From positions 62,001 to 126,000 of the forward strand of contig NIVC01000084.1 in assembly GCA_002269645.1 (NCBI GenBank): DNA of 64,000 nucleotides, written 5' to 3'. Both the position numbers and the translations under genes were made by a program. Position 1 is the first letter of the stretch, and each line of letters starts with the position of its first letter. Shown here in pieces: positions 10,104 to 22,782 of this stretch. The notes beneath the pieces were generated by a model. It worked only from the letters and a program-made list of their open reading frames with translations. It had not been told where the DNA came from and ran no database searches. The DNA is from Macrostomum lignano (lineage: Eukaryota).

Positions 10104-13100
10104 ATGCATTGCAGCTCTTCTGTTTGTATTGCTCTGCTCGCCATTTTCCTAGCCGAAGTTGCCTCCTTGGTTGCTGGCAGCAAGTGGAATTTTCATGCCT
10201 GTGAGTGACATTTAAAATAAAACAAATCTGCTATTTATAGTTTTACACAGTGTGTCCAAAACTTCCAGCCAAAAATATTGAATTTTCATCCCCCTCCGGT
10301 GTAAAACAACGAAAATGTCATTGAGTAGTCTTCAACAGTTGAGCCAACACTGGCAGAAAAATTGACCTGTTTGTAGTCTTGCTCAAACTTGTTTTTGGTT
10401 TGATAATAATAATAGTAAGAGTGAGAATTGATTACAACTTCCCTAACGAGCAGATGTGCAATCTGAAGGCTGCGTGGACTGGGTGGTTGCCACACATCCT
10501 TAATCACCCGGCCCTAGCTGGTACCCATTTTACAACCGGGTGAACTGAAGCAATTCAGAGTTAAGTGTCTTGCCCAAGGACACAAATCGTTTCAAGTGGG
10601 TCAAGATTCGAACCCCCGACGTTTCCATCGTAAGCCCGACGCTCTGACACGCTTGGTTTGGTTTGATTCTTTACCTAGCTATTCGTCTAGCTTTCTGATT
10701 TACAATTGCACGCACCCTCCAACGGCACAAGGGAATAGAAGAGGATGCGGCGGATTTGGCCAGAAGGCACCGCGGCGGCTGCAGGAGAGAACTATTAGAA
10801 GTTGTTAGACGAATTCCCTAGAGGGGAAACTGGGACGCAAGTCAGTGAAGACTAGACTTCAAGCAGAGAAGACTAATCACAGTCAGTGTTATCTGAAAAT
10901 AATGCTCTTAAATTTTTAACGAGTTTGCAGCGAATCGAGAGTCGTGTTCAGCTGTCATCATGATCAGTAACTCGTGCATCTATCAGCTGATCAGTTGCTG
11001 GTCAGTTGAGCTTTCTCACATTTCAGTGGGCTGTTAAAAATAGGCGCAATCTGAGACAGGTGATTAATGGAGTTTTAAATAACTAGAAAGACTGGCGCAC
11101 AAATGTTAGTTTAGCGTTGCTATGGCAACAGAATTTCACAGCTCATTAGCTTCGGCTAAATTTTTATGTAAATATTTCTAGTCAATGTTTTCCATTTTCA
11201 CATTAAATCCTAAGCTCCGGAGGTTTCACAAGACTTTCACAACGCCTAATTGCTTAAAGGATGGAAAACTGACATGTGCAAGCCTCCAACACTGAGACCA
11301 ACTAGCCTGTAAAAATGGCCTTTTTGAGCAGCAGTAATTTAGTTGTAAATATGAGTTATGATATAGTGGCATGCCATAGGAATTTGGTAAAGAGTTTGCA
11401 AATCAATAGTGCCGCATCATGCTCCCCATTACAGCGGCTTGCTTCAGCAATTTCGCAATTTTAGCCCTCCTAAATGACTGATTGGTTCATGATTTATATT
11501 GACTCGCTTTAAGATGCCAGCCATGGTAAGGTTAACAATCAGTCTTAAAAAGTGCTTTTCGCTTTATTCATCATGCAGACTTAGGCTATTTTGTGTAATT
11601 TTTTATACCGCGGAAATAATGCTAATAACCCGCACAGGGAACCTGGACACGCATCAGCCAGTGACTTCCAGCTTTGAGGCTGCTCTGCCGACAGATGAAG
11701 ACGAAGCAGCAAGTTTAAGTGAGTTCGAATTTTTTTAGCATCTAAATAAAAATCGCACCAACAAGTCTTTACGCTTCCTGAACTTTGGGAACCTGTCAAA
11801 GATCTACTTTTTGCTATACCATTTGAAAAAAACACTGTTTGAAAAATCAACTCCAATTCGTGCGAATAATAATGTGTAACCGATATTTTATAAGTCCTCA
11901 TAAACCATAAACTTCATGAACCCCAAAATTCATTAGCCCGAAACATCAAGAACCCAAAACTTCATGAACCCGAAGCTTCATGAACCCGAAACTTCATGAA
12001 CCCAAAACTTCATGAACCCGAAACTTCATTCACCCAAAACATCACGAACCCGAAACTTCATGACCCCAAAACTAACTAATAACTGCAACCTATTAAGCAG
12101 GTTCTTGCTAGGTTTGTATATTTGTGGATTTGTAACAAAAACTCAACAATAAAACCATTTTTGCGTTGCAAATATTATAACGTTTCCAACTCAACGTCGA
12201 AAGTTTGCGCCACTCTGTCGAGATTGTCCTCCAACTCTGGCGACGTCGGTATCATGGCATTGTCCGGCGACGAGTTCCACCCGGGTCTGAACAGAGTGTG
12301 CCGGCTGGCCCACCTGGCATGCCTGTACACCTCTGCCGGGCCTCAGCCTTTCGCACCGGTGTGGAAGTCCAACGGCACTGTGGAGTTTTATCCGGACAGA
12401 AGTCTTGCCGGTTTGGCAATCAGCCAGTTCATGGAGTGGTCCGAATGGAGTCTGTTTAGCGTGCTCTACACCAGAGATACAGGTGAGAGGGGTTCACGGT
12501 GGGGCCTACAAATTAGGTTCTCTCTCTGTGTGGTGGATTAGTGATGCTGTGTCTGCACTGATGTGTCTTGACCTCGGCTATGGACAGTGTGAGGGAGCAG
12601 TGATGCTGTGTCTGCACTGATGTGTCTTGACCTCGGCTATGGACAGTGTGAGGGAGCAGTGATGCTGTGTCTGCACTGATGTGTCTTGACCTCGGCTATG
12701 GACAGTGTGAGGGAGCAGTGATGCTGTGTCTGCACTTACCTCAACCATGGACAGTGAGACAAGGACACTTATAATTGTATCTGTTTATACCAGTGGTCCT
12801 AGTGGACAAGGGCAGTCGCTTTGATTTCCTCAGCCATGTTCGCAACTATCGCTGCAGTGCAACAAAGCTGCTAATACTTCGAAAATTCCAGCCTCTGAAT
12901 AACATTTCCACCAAGAAAAAACATACGACCCTCGACAATGACTAATAGACAAATACTTTACTGGGAATACAAACGCATAATGTAGACACTGCATTCAGTG
13001 CGCCCTTAGATTGATGAGAGACAATCGACGCGCGCACAACACGGACGACCGGATTCTTGGAAAACATTTTGAAAAGTACACAACAAATGAATTCGTATTC

Positions 13101-16100
13101 GTATTTAAAAACCGAATATTTGCTTGCTGTTCGAAAGCTACCTAATCTCTTTATGTTCGCTTTGTATAATAATTTTGACTAAAACTTTTTTATAAGACTC
13201 ATTTAACTGCTTAAATTTGAACGCAATTTGTGCCCCGATTCCCTAACAGGCCTGGACAAGTACAGAGAAACTCTACTGTCATCCAATTCGAAGATTCTAT
13301 TCCGCAAGATTGACTTAGCCAACAGCAATGAAACTTTTCTGGCATTGAAAAGTCTTCGTCAGTCGAACGTGTTCCACTTTGTGCTGGACATTCCGTCCGA
13401 TCAGCTTCCCCAACTACTACAGCTGGTGAGGAAACAAAATTGAACCCGAAATTCAGCGTACTGACACGCGCGTCATAAAACAACTTCGGCTTAACCAACA
13501 AACCTTAACCTGCAAATGGTTTTTTCAGGCCTCTTCCGCCGGAATAACAAGTGTCTCGTACAATTACCTGTACGTTGGCTGGGTAAGAGCTGCCGTGCAA
13601 TACGTTTGGGCCGTATTTAACTCAGTTGTCCACAAGCCTGTCAAGCTTGCCCAGCTGTACGATGCTACACCTAAATGATGGCCACGACCTGGCCTCCCCA
13701 CTCTGATCCTTTGCAGATAAGCCCCGCTCTGTACCACAGCGGCATTGCTGGCTATCTGTATGCCGGAGGCAATTTCAGCGCCCTGCAAGTGGGCGCTGTG
13801 ACGGGCAGCCAGTTGGAGAATGAAGGCGTTCCGGTAAGCCCAGCGCTGAAATGACGGTGGCCGCTTCGCATTTCCCTGAACGCCCTCCAGTCAGTTTTTT
13901 AATTTTTCGCCGTTTAGCTTAGTGCAGCGTTACCGTCTTGCACTGAAAATGTTTAAAAGCAGTTTGGACAATGATGCAATTGTACAATGCCTTTTACGTC
14001 AATGCAGTGCAAGCTCAAGCCCCGTCAAGCTTAACGCTGATCGTATTCTCAGTTACATGCGGCTTTTCTGTGAGCTGCTGGCGCAGATTAGCGTTCATTT
14101 CTTTTAGCGTGATGAGCGGATTCGCCTGGATACAAGTACATGGGCCTGCATTTCTTCACCCCACTTGAATCGTTTGGCTCCATCCTTGGGCTTCTTTTCA
14201 GCTCTCCCTGACCTCACAATCTTGTACGCTGTTCACCTCTTGACTCCAAGTTTGCGCGCCAGTTTCACAAAGTCATCCCCGCGATCAGCAGCCTTGATGA
14301 TACGGTCTCTGCCACTGTTGCTTATAATAGCGTACTGCCGAGGCTGCTGTTCCACGATATCTTCATCGAATTCTGCTTCCACTTCATCGATTTCATCTTC
14401 TTCCAGCAATTCATCGTCTTCTTCAATCGGATCTTCAGCATTCATGTCGATTCTTAGTGCGCGACGATTGTACAGTTATGCAGTACAGTGAAAATGAAAA
14501 ATTAGATTAACTAATATTAGTTAATTTATCTGTATCAATATGCGAAAATCTCTGTCGAAAAAGAATGCAAATTTGTTTCTTTTGAATTTCAAAGCTGCGC
14601 GTGCGCGTCACTCGGGGACAATTTTGGCCACAGACAGTCTGAATTGAACTTCATCATCTGTTTCAATAGAAAGGGAATTCGTTTGAATTGAATTTCCGCA
14701 AGCGCTGGGAATTTTTAGAGTTTTTGAATTGAAATTCTGCTTGTTTCTTTTGAACAAGACTTTGTTCTAAATAGGAGGTAAAATGGTGTAAAATGTGGAG
14801 GCTCTGCTGTTTAGGTAGTATTCAAAACAAAATTAGGAATCTTTCAAAAGTTCTTTAAAATGTTTCCACAATGTATTTTTTATCAAATTTAAGCTACGGA
14901 ATCGTTAGTTTAAAGCTCATTGAGAGTGTCAACAATGACTTTCAACGAAGTTAAGTACTCATCTGATACATGTACTGCGATTCTCCCCAACAGCTCGCGG
15001 ACCAACTGCGACAGGAGGCCTCCTGGATGCTGGACTCGGCCTACGCCGCTGTCAGCAGAAACCGCAGCGATTCTGGGGCGCGAGTTGAGCCACTTCAGCT
15101 GGAGTTGGAACCGGCTAAGGGTTCATTGTGTAATGTATCGCGCCAATCGACTGGCACGTACCTGACTGCTCTCAAAGTAAGTAGCCAGCATTTGAAATTA
15201 AGGCATGTTTGATAAGTTGGCTAAACAGCAGTAAAACATTTTGATTCTACACTTTTCAGAACAAGATATCGAAGTCGATCGGTATCGTTAAAGTGCCGGA
15301 AGGTCTGGATGTATACAACTTCAGTTTTGATGTGTTTCATCTATACACAACAAAAATGCTAAAGGTATGCAGTTATGCCATGATTCTATGCCGTGATAAG
15401 CTGAGAAGTGGCCCAGGAACTGGGAATCTGGGAGGATGGTGTACATGTAGTCCATTCGTTCTATCAACCGTTCTCAGTTTGCCACCTGGACAGCGGATAA
15501 AGGCTTCATACAAGTGCCCGGTGCCTATGAAAAGCACCTGGAAGAATTCGATCAGTACCTGAAGAAGGTCAACCTGACTGTCGTGTCCGTGGAAGATCCG
15601 CCGTTTAGCATCTATAACGAAGAGGATCCGGAAGGCCGGCCAATCACTGGGAACGATCGGTGGACCGGCTTCGCCGTTGAGCTGTTCAAAGAGATCGCCC
15701 ACCGGATGCGGCTGCGCTACTCGATTCGAAAAAGCATTGACGGAAAGTTTGGCTCCCCAGTTGATGGCACGAATAATCGCGAGTGGAGCGGCATGATCGG
15801 CGAGCTGATTAGAGGCACAGCGAACGTGGCAGTGGCTTCGCTAACCATCACTTACGACAGGGAAAAGGTGCGTGGAAGGCCTAAATAAAGGATATAATTA
15901 ATGCATTAATATTGTCTCAGACTCAAGAAGCTATATTGGCCCTGCCCATGTAGTTTTAGCTTTAGTTAAAACATCGGGTTTGTTTTCATGAAAGTGCAAA
16001 ACTGACTGTCTATAATATACTAGCACCCTGCACATACTTCGCAGCTTCTCAGTCTACGTCCATTGTTTGTCAGTCCTGTATTGTCTTGCCCCGATGGCTA

Positions 16101-19100
16101 AATTGCGGCAATCTGTGAATCAAGTAAACTTACACTCGTATAAAAAGCCTTTAAACCACTCGATGAAGAATAACAAAATAATCTAGCTAATTAAAAAAGG
16201 ATTGTCTCCATAGCGGATTTGTCATAGACAATATTGGCAATAAAAAGTTGAAGATTTAAAGTTGAAAATTTATCTATTACTTGCCGTTATCTGGTAGTTT
16301 GTGAAAATTTCTCGAGAATCTTGTGAATCAATTTAAAACAAAGCATACACTTAGTGCATTTTCGATTTTGAAGTACAGAAAATTTAGTGAAATAGAGTTA
16401 ACTTTGTGTTAAATAAAAAAATTTCGTATTCGCTGCCCCAGAATTTTTTTAACTATTTTGAGGTCAATAATAATAATAACGATAATAATAATAATTGATA
16501 ACATATGCACCAATTAGGCAGATTTGCAAGGACTGGGGTCGCCACACACATCCTCAATTACCCCAGCTAATGCCCATTTTACAGCTGGGTGAACTGCAGC
16601 AATGCAGAGTTACGTGTCTTGCTCAAGGACACCAATGTTCCTGTGAAATCGGGAATCGAACCCCCCGACCTTCAAGTCGCGATTCCGACGCTCTAACCAC
16701 TAGGCTGCAACCCCTACTAGGCTACAACCCCTACTAGGCTACAACCCCTACTAGGCTACAACCCCTACTAGGCTACAACCCTTACTAGGCTACAACCCCT
16801 ACTAGGCTACAACCCCTTGTTTGTTAAGAGCAATGCCCCTACAATACAAGACTGATAGACAGAAGGTTTGGGCTCAGGGGGTTGCAGTTTCAAACTGTGG
16901 TTACCGGATCTATCTGCCTTTGTGGTAGACTATTTTTCAAATACACTATACAAACAAGTTTAAATTAACAAATTAACAGGTCGTTGATTTCACTACGCCC
17001 TACATGAGCCTAGGCCTGAGCGTCATCATGAAAAAATCGAAGCAGGAGCCAGACCTGTTCCAATTCCTGCTGCCGTTCAGCAACCGAGTGTGGCTGTACA
17101 TGGTGCTGGCGTGGCTGCTGACGGCTATAATAATGTACGCATGCGCCAGGTTGAGCCCCTACGAGTGGTACGCTCCATCAGCCTGCGACCCGGTAGTGCA
17201 GAACCAGTTCAGTGCCCTCAACAGCCTCTGGTTCACCATCGGATCGCTGATGCAGCAGGGTGAGCGCCGCTTCCAACAGGAATAAGTCAAATTTCTAGGA
17301 ATAATTCTGCCGATCTTAAAGGGATGAAAATGTTTCCATGATAAATGAAAGAATATTATTAAGTCTAAAAGAAACTCCCGACTCCTACAGGCTCCGACTT
17401 GGCACCTAGAGCGACATCCACACGAATGGTTGGCGCAGTCTGGTGGTTCTTTACGCTGATCCTCATTAGCAGCTACACAGCCAACTTAGCCGCGTTTCTT
17501 ACGGTGACACGCCTGAACGATATTTCCAGCATTGGCGATCTTGCCAGTCAGACTAGCATTAAGTACGGAACTCTTATGGGCGGCTCTACTTATAATTTCT
17601 TCAAGGTGAGCTAATCGGGCATTCGCTTGTTAGAAAAACGAATTTACTAAAAACTATATTTACGAGTAAGGCGCGACACTCACCGTGCTTGAAATGCACT
17701 CTCCAATCTCAGAACTCAGAAATCTCTGTGTACAAAACAATGTGGGAGTCAATGAGCGGCTGGGCCAAGACTAACGAATCTTTCATGTCGAAGACGTCAG
17801 AAGGAATTGAGAAAGTTCGTCGCGGCGGCTACGCCTACATTTTGGAGTCCACTTTTAATACCTACTACAGAGAGCGGGACTGCTCGTTGATGCAGGTGGG
17901 CACGATTTTCAATCCAATGAGCTATGCATTCGGCGTCAATCACGGCAGTGAGTTTTTATTTGAGCTTTAATTTGCTGCGAAAAATTTCACGCTTGTTTAA
18001 AGTGTTTCTTCTTTAATCGGTTCTAACTTGTTCATAGGGGTTGTAGTCTGGTGGTTAGAGCGTCGGACTCAGGACTTGTAGGTCGGGGGTTCCATTCACG
18101 ATCCCAACTGGAACAATTTGCGTCCTTCAGCAAGACACTTAACCCTGCATTGCTTCAGTTCACCCAGCTGTAAAATGGGTGCCAGCATTAGCTGGGGTAA
18201 TTGAGGGTGTGCGTGGCGACCCCCCCCCCCCCAGTCCTTGGACTGAACAGCCGTACGCAGCCTTCAGATGCGCCACGCAATAGCTGAGCTGTCGGCTGAG
18301 TTGTCGGTTGCACATCTGCCCATTAGGATAGGCGTAATCAATTTTTATTAATATTATCAATCTATGAAGAGATAATAGTTTACGCGCTCGTACGCTACCA
18401 AAATTCAAGCCCCATCCACTCGAGAGGCGTACTTAAATATTTCAGTCGCAAAATAATTTTTCATCCTTGACCTCAAAAAACACTTAGACGTCGGACTGCG
18501 CGACCGCTTAACAGAAGAGATTCTGAAGCTGCAGAAAGAGCAGTTCATCGAAGGCCTGACGGAGAAATGGCTCAAGCGCTACAACGTTAGCCAACCGTGC
18601 AGCGATCAGGCCAGGAACGCGCAGGAGACGGGCACACTCGATGTAGACGCTGTTGGAGGCGTCTTCGTCTCGCTGCTCATTGGTCTGGCCATTGCGGCTG
18701 GGATCTGCTTCATCGAGCTCATTGTTCGCGCGGCGGTGGGTTCTAGAAAACAAAAAGTAGGTTTTATTTGACTTGAGCAGTTGTTGCCTTTTAAGTATCC
18801 AGATACATACGGAAGATTCTACACGAGTTGGCATTAGTCTCGTAGCATTAGTAACAGCAAAGTCAAAATGGAGATCCACAAAGTAACGTAAAGTTATTTC
18901 TGTAGTTGCACTGATACACCAAATGCTAATTGTGTCGCATCAGCTTATTGATTACTCGCACGAAAATGCTATCAAATGAGGTCATAGTGCGAGCTATTTT
19001 ACGTAAATGTTCGAGGAGTATAAACTCGGGTATCGCTGTACTGCGTCTTTAGCATCAATATATTAAAATCAATGGCTATTGCTAAACACAGATGAGCTTC

Positions 19101-19337
19101 CAAGAGATCGCACTAAAGCAAGTGAAGCTGGCTGTCTCCTGTTCCAACACAAACTCGCCAGCTGATGTCAACGATAGCAGGCTGCCGCCGTCTTCAGTGA
19201 TTGCCGCTCGCGAAATTGCGACAGCCCAGCTGAATGAGACCTCGTCCTGTCTGCTGCCGCCGGAGCAGATGTCACACAGTCCTACCGGCGCTGCTAACGC
19301 CACTGCTATTACTCTTAGTAGCAAGGAGAAGCTTTGA
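10104..19337 (+). CDS. Ionotropic glutamate receptor, AMPA/kainate type (~908 aa, 14 exons)
   Basis: Exons: 10104-10200 (signal peptide [25 protein letters not shown]), 11638-11718, 12204-12482, 13250-13425, 13529-13582, 13717-13833, 14994-15176, 15260-15364, 15478-15867, 16980-17259, 17391-17605, 17713-17947, 18488-18756, 19092-19337. All are GT-AG and phase-consistent. Motifs: [13 protein letters not shown] (S1 Arg), [13 protein letters not shown] (Q site), [26 protein letters not shown]. Exons 1-2 are the least certain. Confidence 0.9.
10402..10655 (-). mobile_element. SINE family 1 copy (diverged)
   Basis: Reverse complement contains TGTGTCCTTGGGCAAGACACTTAAC...TTGCTTCAGTTCACCCGGTTGTAAAATGGG and a (TTA)n tail. 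Confidence 0.8.
11905..12072. repeat. 17-bp tandem repeat (AAACTTCATGAACCCGA)
   Basis: About 10 degenerate copies in iGluR intron 2. Confidence 0.85.
12540..12750. repeat. 59-bp tandem repeat, ~3.3 copies
   Basis: Sequence shifts by one column per 60-nt line. Lies in iGluR intron 3. Confidence 0.9.
14015..14445 (-). pseudogene. Decayed Tc1/mariner (IS630-like) transposase N-terminal HTH region
   Basis: [33 protein letters not shown]...[10 protein letters not shown], then after a frameshift [30 protein letters not shown]. This resembles the DNA-binding region of DDE_3-type transposases. It has a stop and frameshifts, and no DDE core is seen. Confidence 0.6.
16466..16714 (-). mobile_element. 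SINE family 1 copy with (TTA)n tail
   Basis: Reverse complement of head, CORE-like middle and tail. Confidence 0.85.
16699..16817. repeat. 7 x 17-bp array derived from the SINE1 5' end
   Basis: Unit ACTAGGCTACAACCCCT is the reverse complement of AGGGGTTGTAGCCTAGT, the start of the SINE head. Confidence 0.9.
18037..18358 (+). mobile_element. SINE family 1, near full length
   Basis: GGGGTTGTAGTCTGGTGGTTAGAGCG head, AAGACACTTAACCCTGCATTGCTTCAGTTCACCCAGCTGTAAAATGGG core, and the shared 3' body. Confidence 0.9.
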
Positions 19338-20164
19338 ATGCACGTTTTTTTCGTTTACAGGAGGCCGGTGCAGAGTTGCAATGAACTGATTTCTCAATTT
19401 TCATTAAGGCCTTATCCGTTACAACCAACGATTTATCCTGATGATTGCATGGTTCTAAGCTTGTTTTTGCTTCTAGTTTTCCCGGTAGAGAAGTCTCAAG
19501 TAGCTATAGGGGTCGGCAGACTCTCGCTCCGCGGATCACAAGTTTTTAGTCTCTTCTCAGCTCTCTTCTCTTTTTTCTCTCCTCTCTCCTCTCCTCTCCT
19601 TTTTTATCTCCTCTCATCATATCTCTCATCCCCTCTCTCGTCTCTCGTCACTCTCCCCTTACTCTACTCTTTCTCCTTTATTCTCTCATCTGGCCCTCCA
19701 CAGTGATCTATATTGTTTTCTATCAGTTTATCGACCCTTTTGCTCTTGCTCTAGTATACTATGCTCCAGTATCGGCGAGAAGCATTCAGTACGTTATCGT
19801 GCTCATCGAGACTGACAAAACCCCAAAAAATTCAAGCAAAGTAACAGTCCTTCCCATTATATAACCTCAACATATGGGAAAACATTTTATAAACTAGAAA
19901 GTAAGCTTTTTTCTGCCACAAATCCGTATATATTTAAATGGCACTTTTGAAAATTAACATCTGATCTAGCGTATATACGATACTCGTACCAACATAATCG
20001 TCGAAGTTCAGAAGACAGCTATGCTTATTTTTAGTGCTAAAAGTACTGAGAAATTTGCGTCTGAATCGAAATTTCATAAAGTTATTATACTTGTACTGTT
20101 GCTAATTTGTGGTCCTTGGCTAAGTACTTCCAAGCTCTGTTTGCTTGCGCATGCAGCTCCTAAA

Positions 20165-20700
20165 AAAAGCCTGGGGTTTAGCGGGCGGCGAGCCCCCTCT
20201 AGCCTTATGGAAGCCAGGGGTGTGGGTGGCGGCGAGCCCCCTCTAGCCTTATGGAAGCCAGGGGTGTGGGTGGCGGCGAGCCCCCTCTAGCCTTATGGAA
20301 GCCAGGGGTGTGGGTGGCGGCGAGCCCCCTCTAGCCTTATGGAAGCCAGGGGTGTGGGTGGCGGCGAGCCCCCTCTAGCCGTATGGAAGCCATGGGTTTG
20401 GGGGGGGGGGCGGCGAGCCCCCTCTAGCCTTACGGAAGCCATGGGTTTGGGTGGCGGCGAGCCCCCAATAGTCTTATGGAAGCCAGGGGGTTGGGTGGCG
20501 GCGAGCCCCCAATAGCCTTACGGAAGCCAGGGGTTTGGGGTTTGGGGGGCGGCGAGCCCCCAATAGCCTTACGGAAGCCAGGGGTTTGGGGTTTGGGGGG
20601 CGGCGAGCCCCCAATAGCCTTACGGAAGCCATGGGTTTGGGGTTTGGGGGGCGGCGAGCCCCCACTAGCCTTACAAAAGCCAGGGGTTTGTGGGGGCAGC
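20165..20700. repeat. 44-51 bp G-rich minisatellite (GCCTTATGGAAGCCAGGGG...GGCGGCGAGCCCCC)
   Basis: About 11 copies. Later copies gain GGGGTTT. Confidence 0.9.
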
Positions 20701-21633
20701 TCCAGTGTCTGCCTGCGTCCTATTTTATTGAGCTGGTTTTGTTCAGTCTGCACATGGGAACACAGATTTTTGAAAAGAAAATTATTATTAGATTAAAATT
20801 AGATAACAAAAGTTTATCAATTATTTTTTAGAACTGCTTCATTTGCTTTTGGTTAATAAATGTTTTCATACTGTAGTTAGTTTCATGGATCAACTGCCTT
20901 CGATTAGCCTGTCTAAGCCGGTACCGTACTAATTTTTTTTATTATGCAGTTGCGAGTATAAACAACAAGCATTACCGGCCGTGAGTTCAGTTGGCTCTAG
21001 CCGATAAATATTTAAATTACGGTTTAAACAAAGTGTTACTGATTATTTAAAATACTAAAGTATCATATTTTACTCTGCTCTCCCAACAAAAATTCACCCC
21101 GCCCTTTTGACTCTTAATAAACGATTATTTCTGTTAAGACATGCGTAGTGAATCAATGTCATTTTTATCGCAAACCCTTGCTGATCATTACGAGAATGAT
21201 TATTCATTGTTCAATAAATTAATATCAGAAGCGCTCAAGAAGTGGCGAAACAATTCTTTGATAGTTGAGACTCGAAGTCCACCATCAGTTCAAATTTAAT
21301 TACCCGGCTGAGTGCTAGGAGCGTACATGGCTGCAATAGCTAGCTCAAGAGCAATTCAAATTTCGGCTGAAGATGTACTTTAAATCGCATTAAAAGTTTA
21401 AAATTGCCAGAGCAGCTCAGGCAGATAAGAGTGTATATTGGCTTAACTTATTCTACGCTCAAAGAGTATTCTATGCTGCAGCTGGGAACAGGGCTGTAGT
21501 CTATGGCCTGAAGCTCCATGCCTATTCTATTAGGCCCTGCCCCGGGCGATACCCAAGGCGAGAAAGAAATTTCTCGGGCCAGCAACCGAACTCAAGCGGA
21601 GGAAATCCTACTAGCAAAGTAACCGGCGTAGAA

Positions 21634-22041
21634 ATGGCCAATGCTTCCAACTGCAAATGCGAGGGCTTACCGCCCTGCATGACTCTGCAGACCAGCAGCA
21701 ACAACGGCCAGTCGTCCAAGCAAACCGGCGGCTGCCCGGCGGAGTACACCAACGGCGGAAACCGAGGCCAGTCTAAGGGCCGCAGCGGGGGCTGTCCCAG
21801 CTGTGCCCCGCCACCGCCGCCGCCGCCACCGCCGCCGCCCCCGAAGTGCAAGCCGCCGAAGACTCCGCAGGCGAAGCCGGACCCAGCCCAGAGCCTATTC
21901 GATCGCTACAACATCTGCTGCCCCGGCAAGAAGTGCCCGCCGCCGGAGCCGGGTCCGCAGTGCTCAACTGGTCGCAGGCTGAAGAAGCACAAGAACGGAT
22001 ACGATTTGTACGACACTGACATGCCCAGGCCTTCCTGCTAA
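21634..22041 (+). CDS. Orphan Cys/Pro-rich small protein (possibly the last exon of a longer gene)
   Basis: 135-aa ORF in a GC-rich island with strong GC3 bias, 12 Cys and a polyproline run. The frame is open upstream to an AG at 21532-21533. Confidence 0.55.
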   Translation: MANASNCKCEGLPPCMTLQTSSNNGQSSKQTGGCPAEYTNGGNRGQSKGRSGGCPSCAPPPPPPPPPPPPKCKPPKTPQAKPDPAQSLFDRYNICCPGKKCPPPEPGPQCSTGRRLKKHKNGYDLYDTDMPRPSC

Positions 22042-22782
22042 CTCCGCCGATTCAGTTTAACCGAACCTTGTATGAAAAAGCTCGCGCATAAACAGTTTCT
22101 CTTTCTTTGTCGGTGGCGAATTTAAATTAAACAAACAGAAACCAAAATACAAACAAAAACACCAATTGAGTTTTAAATTTTATAAACGACCCGATTCTTT
22201 TTTAAACGTCAATTTAGTGGAAAAAAGGCTTCAGAGTTTGTTTCGTTATTTTTTGTCCCGCAAAGTAGTTTTTTAAATAAGGCATCGCAATGAAAAAATA
22301 TAAGGAGTGAGGGATTAAAATGGGCAAACAACTAAGATTGAAAGCTAATTTTTTGTTTAAAAATTGGAAAACTTTACACAATCAGTCGGCACCAGAACTA
22401 CTTACTGAGTAAATCAACAGCATATAAAAATACAAAAAATATATACTGAGGCAGTAAAATTCCGATAAAACTTACAAAAATTTCTGCCAATCAAACCAAT
22501 TAGTTTAGTAAAACAAAAAATGTGAGTGGGGCCATAATAACAATTTTGGTGCATTATATATATTAATGCAAAATATTTACGCTTTTTCTTTGATGCGTCC
22601 GCTATGCATATTAAAGTGATAATAAATGAATACAATACGGTTAAATTTTCACAGTTTTTGGTATATAGTGTTAGAGAAATCACGTCCGCTGCGTGTTCTT
22701 GTGATTTTTTCCAATCAATCTTAAGCTACGTCCAAAAGTTAATCATTTAATCGTAGAAACGAGATTTCAGGGCTTCTCGGTT

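Noticed and set aside
10680-10850. Extra iGluR exon between exons 1 and 2
   Set aside because: All phase-1-compatible readings from the nearby AG sites hit stop codons.
11905-12072. Arm of a third foldback transposon (ends ...CATGACCCC)
   Set aside because: No inverted partner arm or 9-bp TSD was found. The same applies to 56420-56905.
15405-15477. iGluR exon starting ELGIWEDG
   Set aside because: It runs into TAA. The acceptor at 15477 gives the homologous FATWTADKG in the correct phase.
17235-17390. Editing-complementary sequence for Q/R A-to-I editing in the intron after MQQG
   Set aside because: Only scattered 4-5 nt complementarities are present, with no long duplex by eye.
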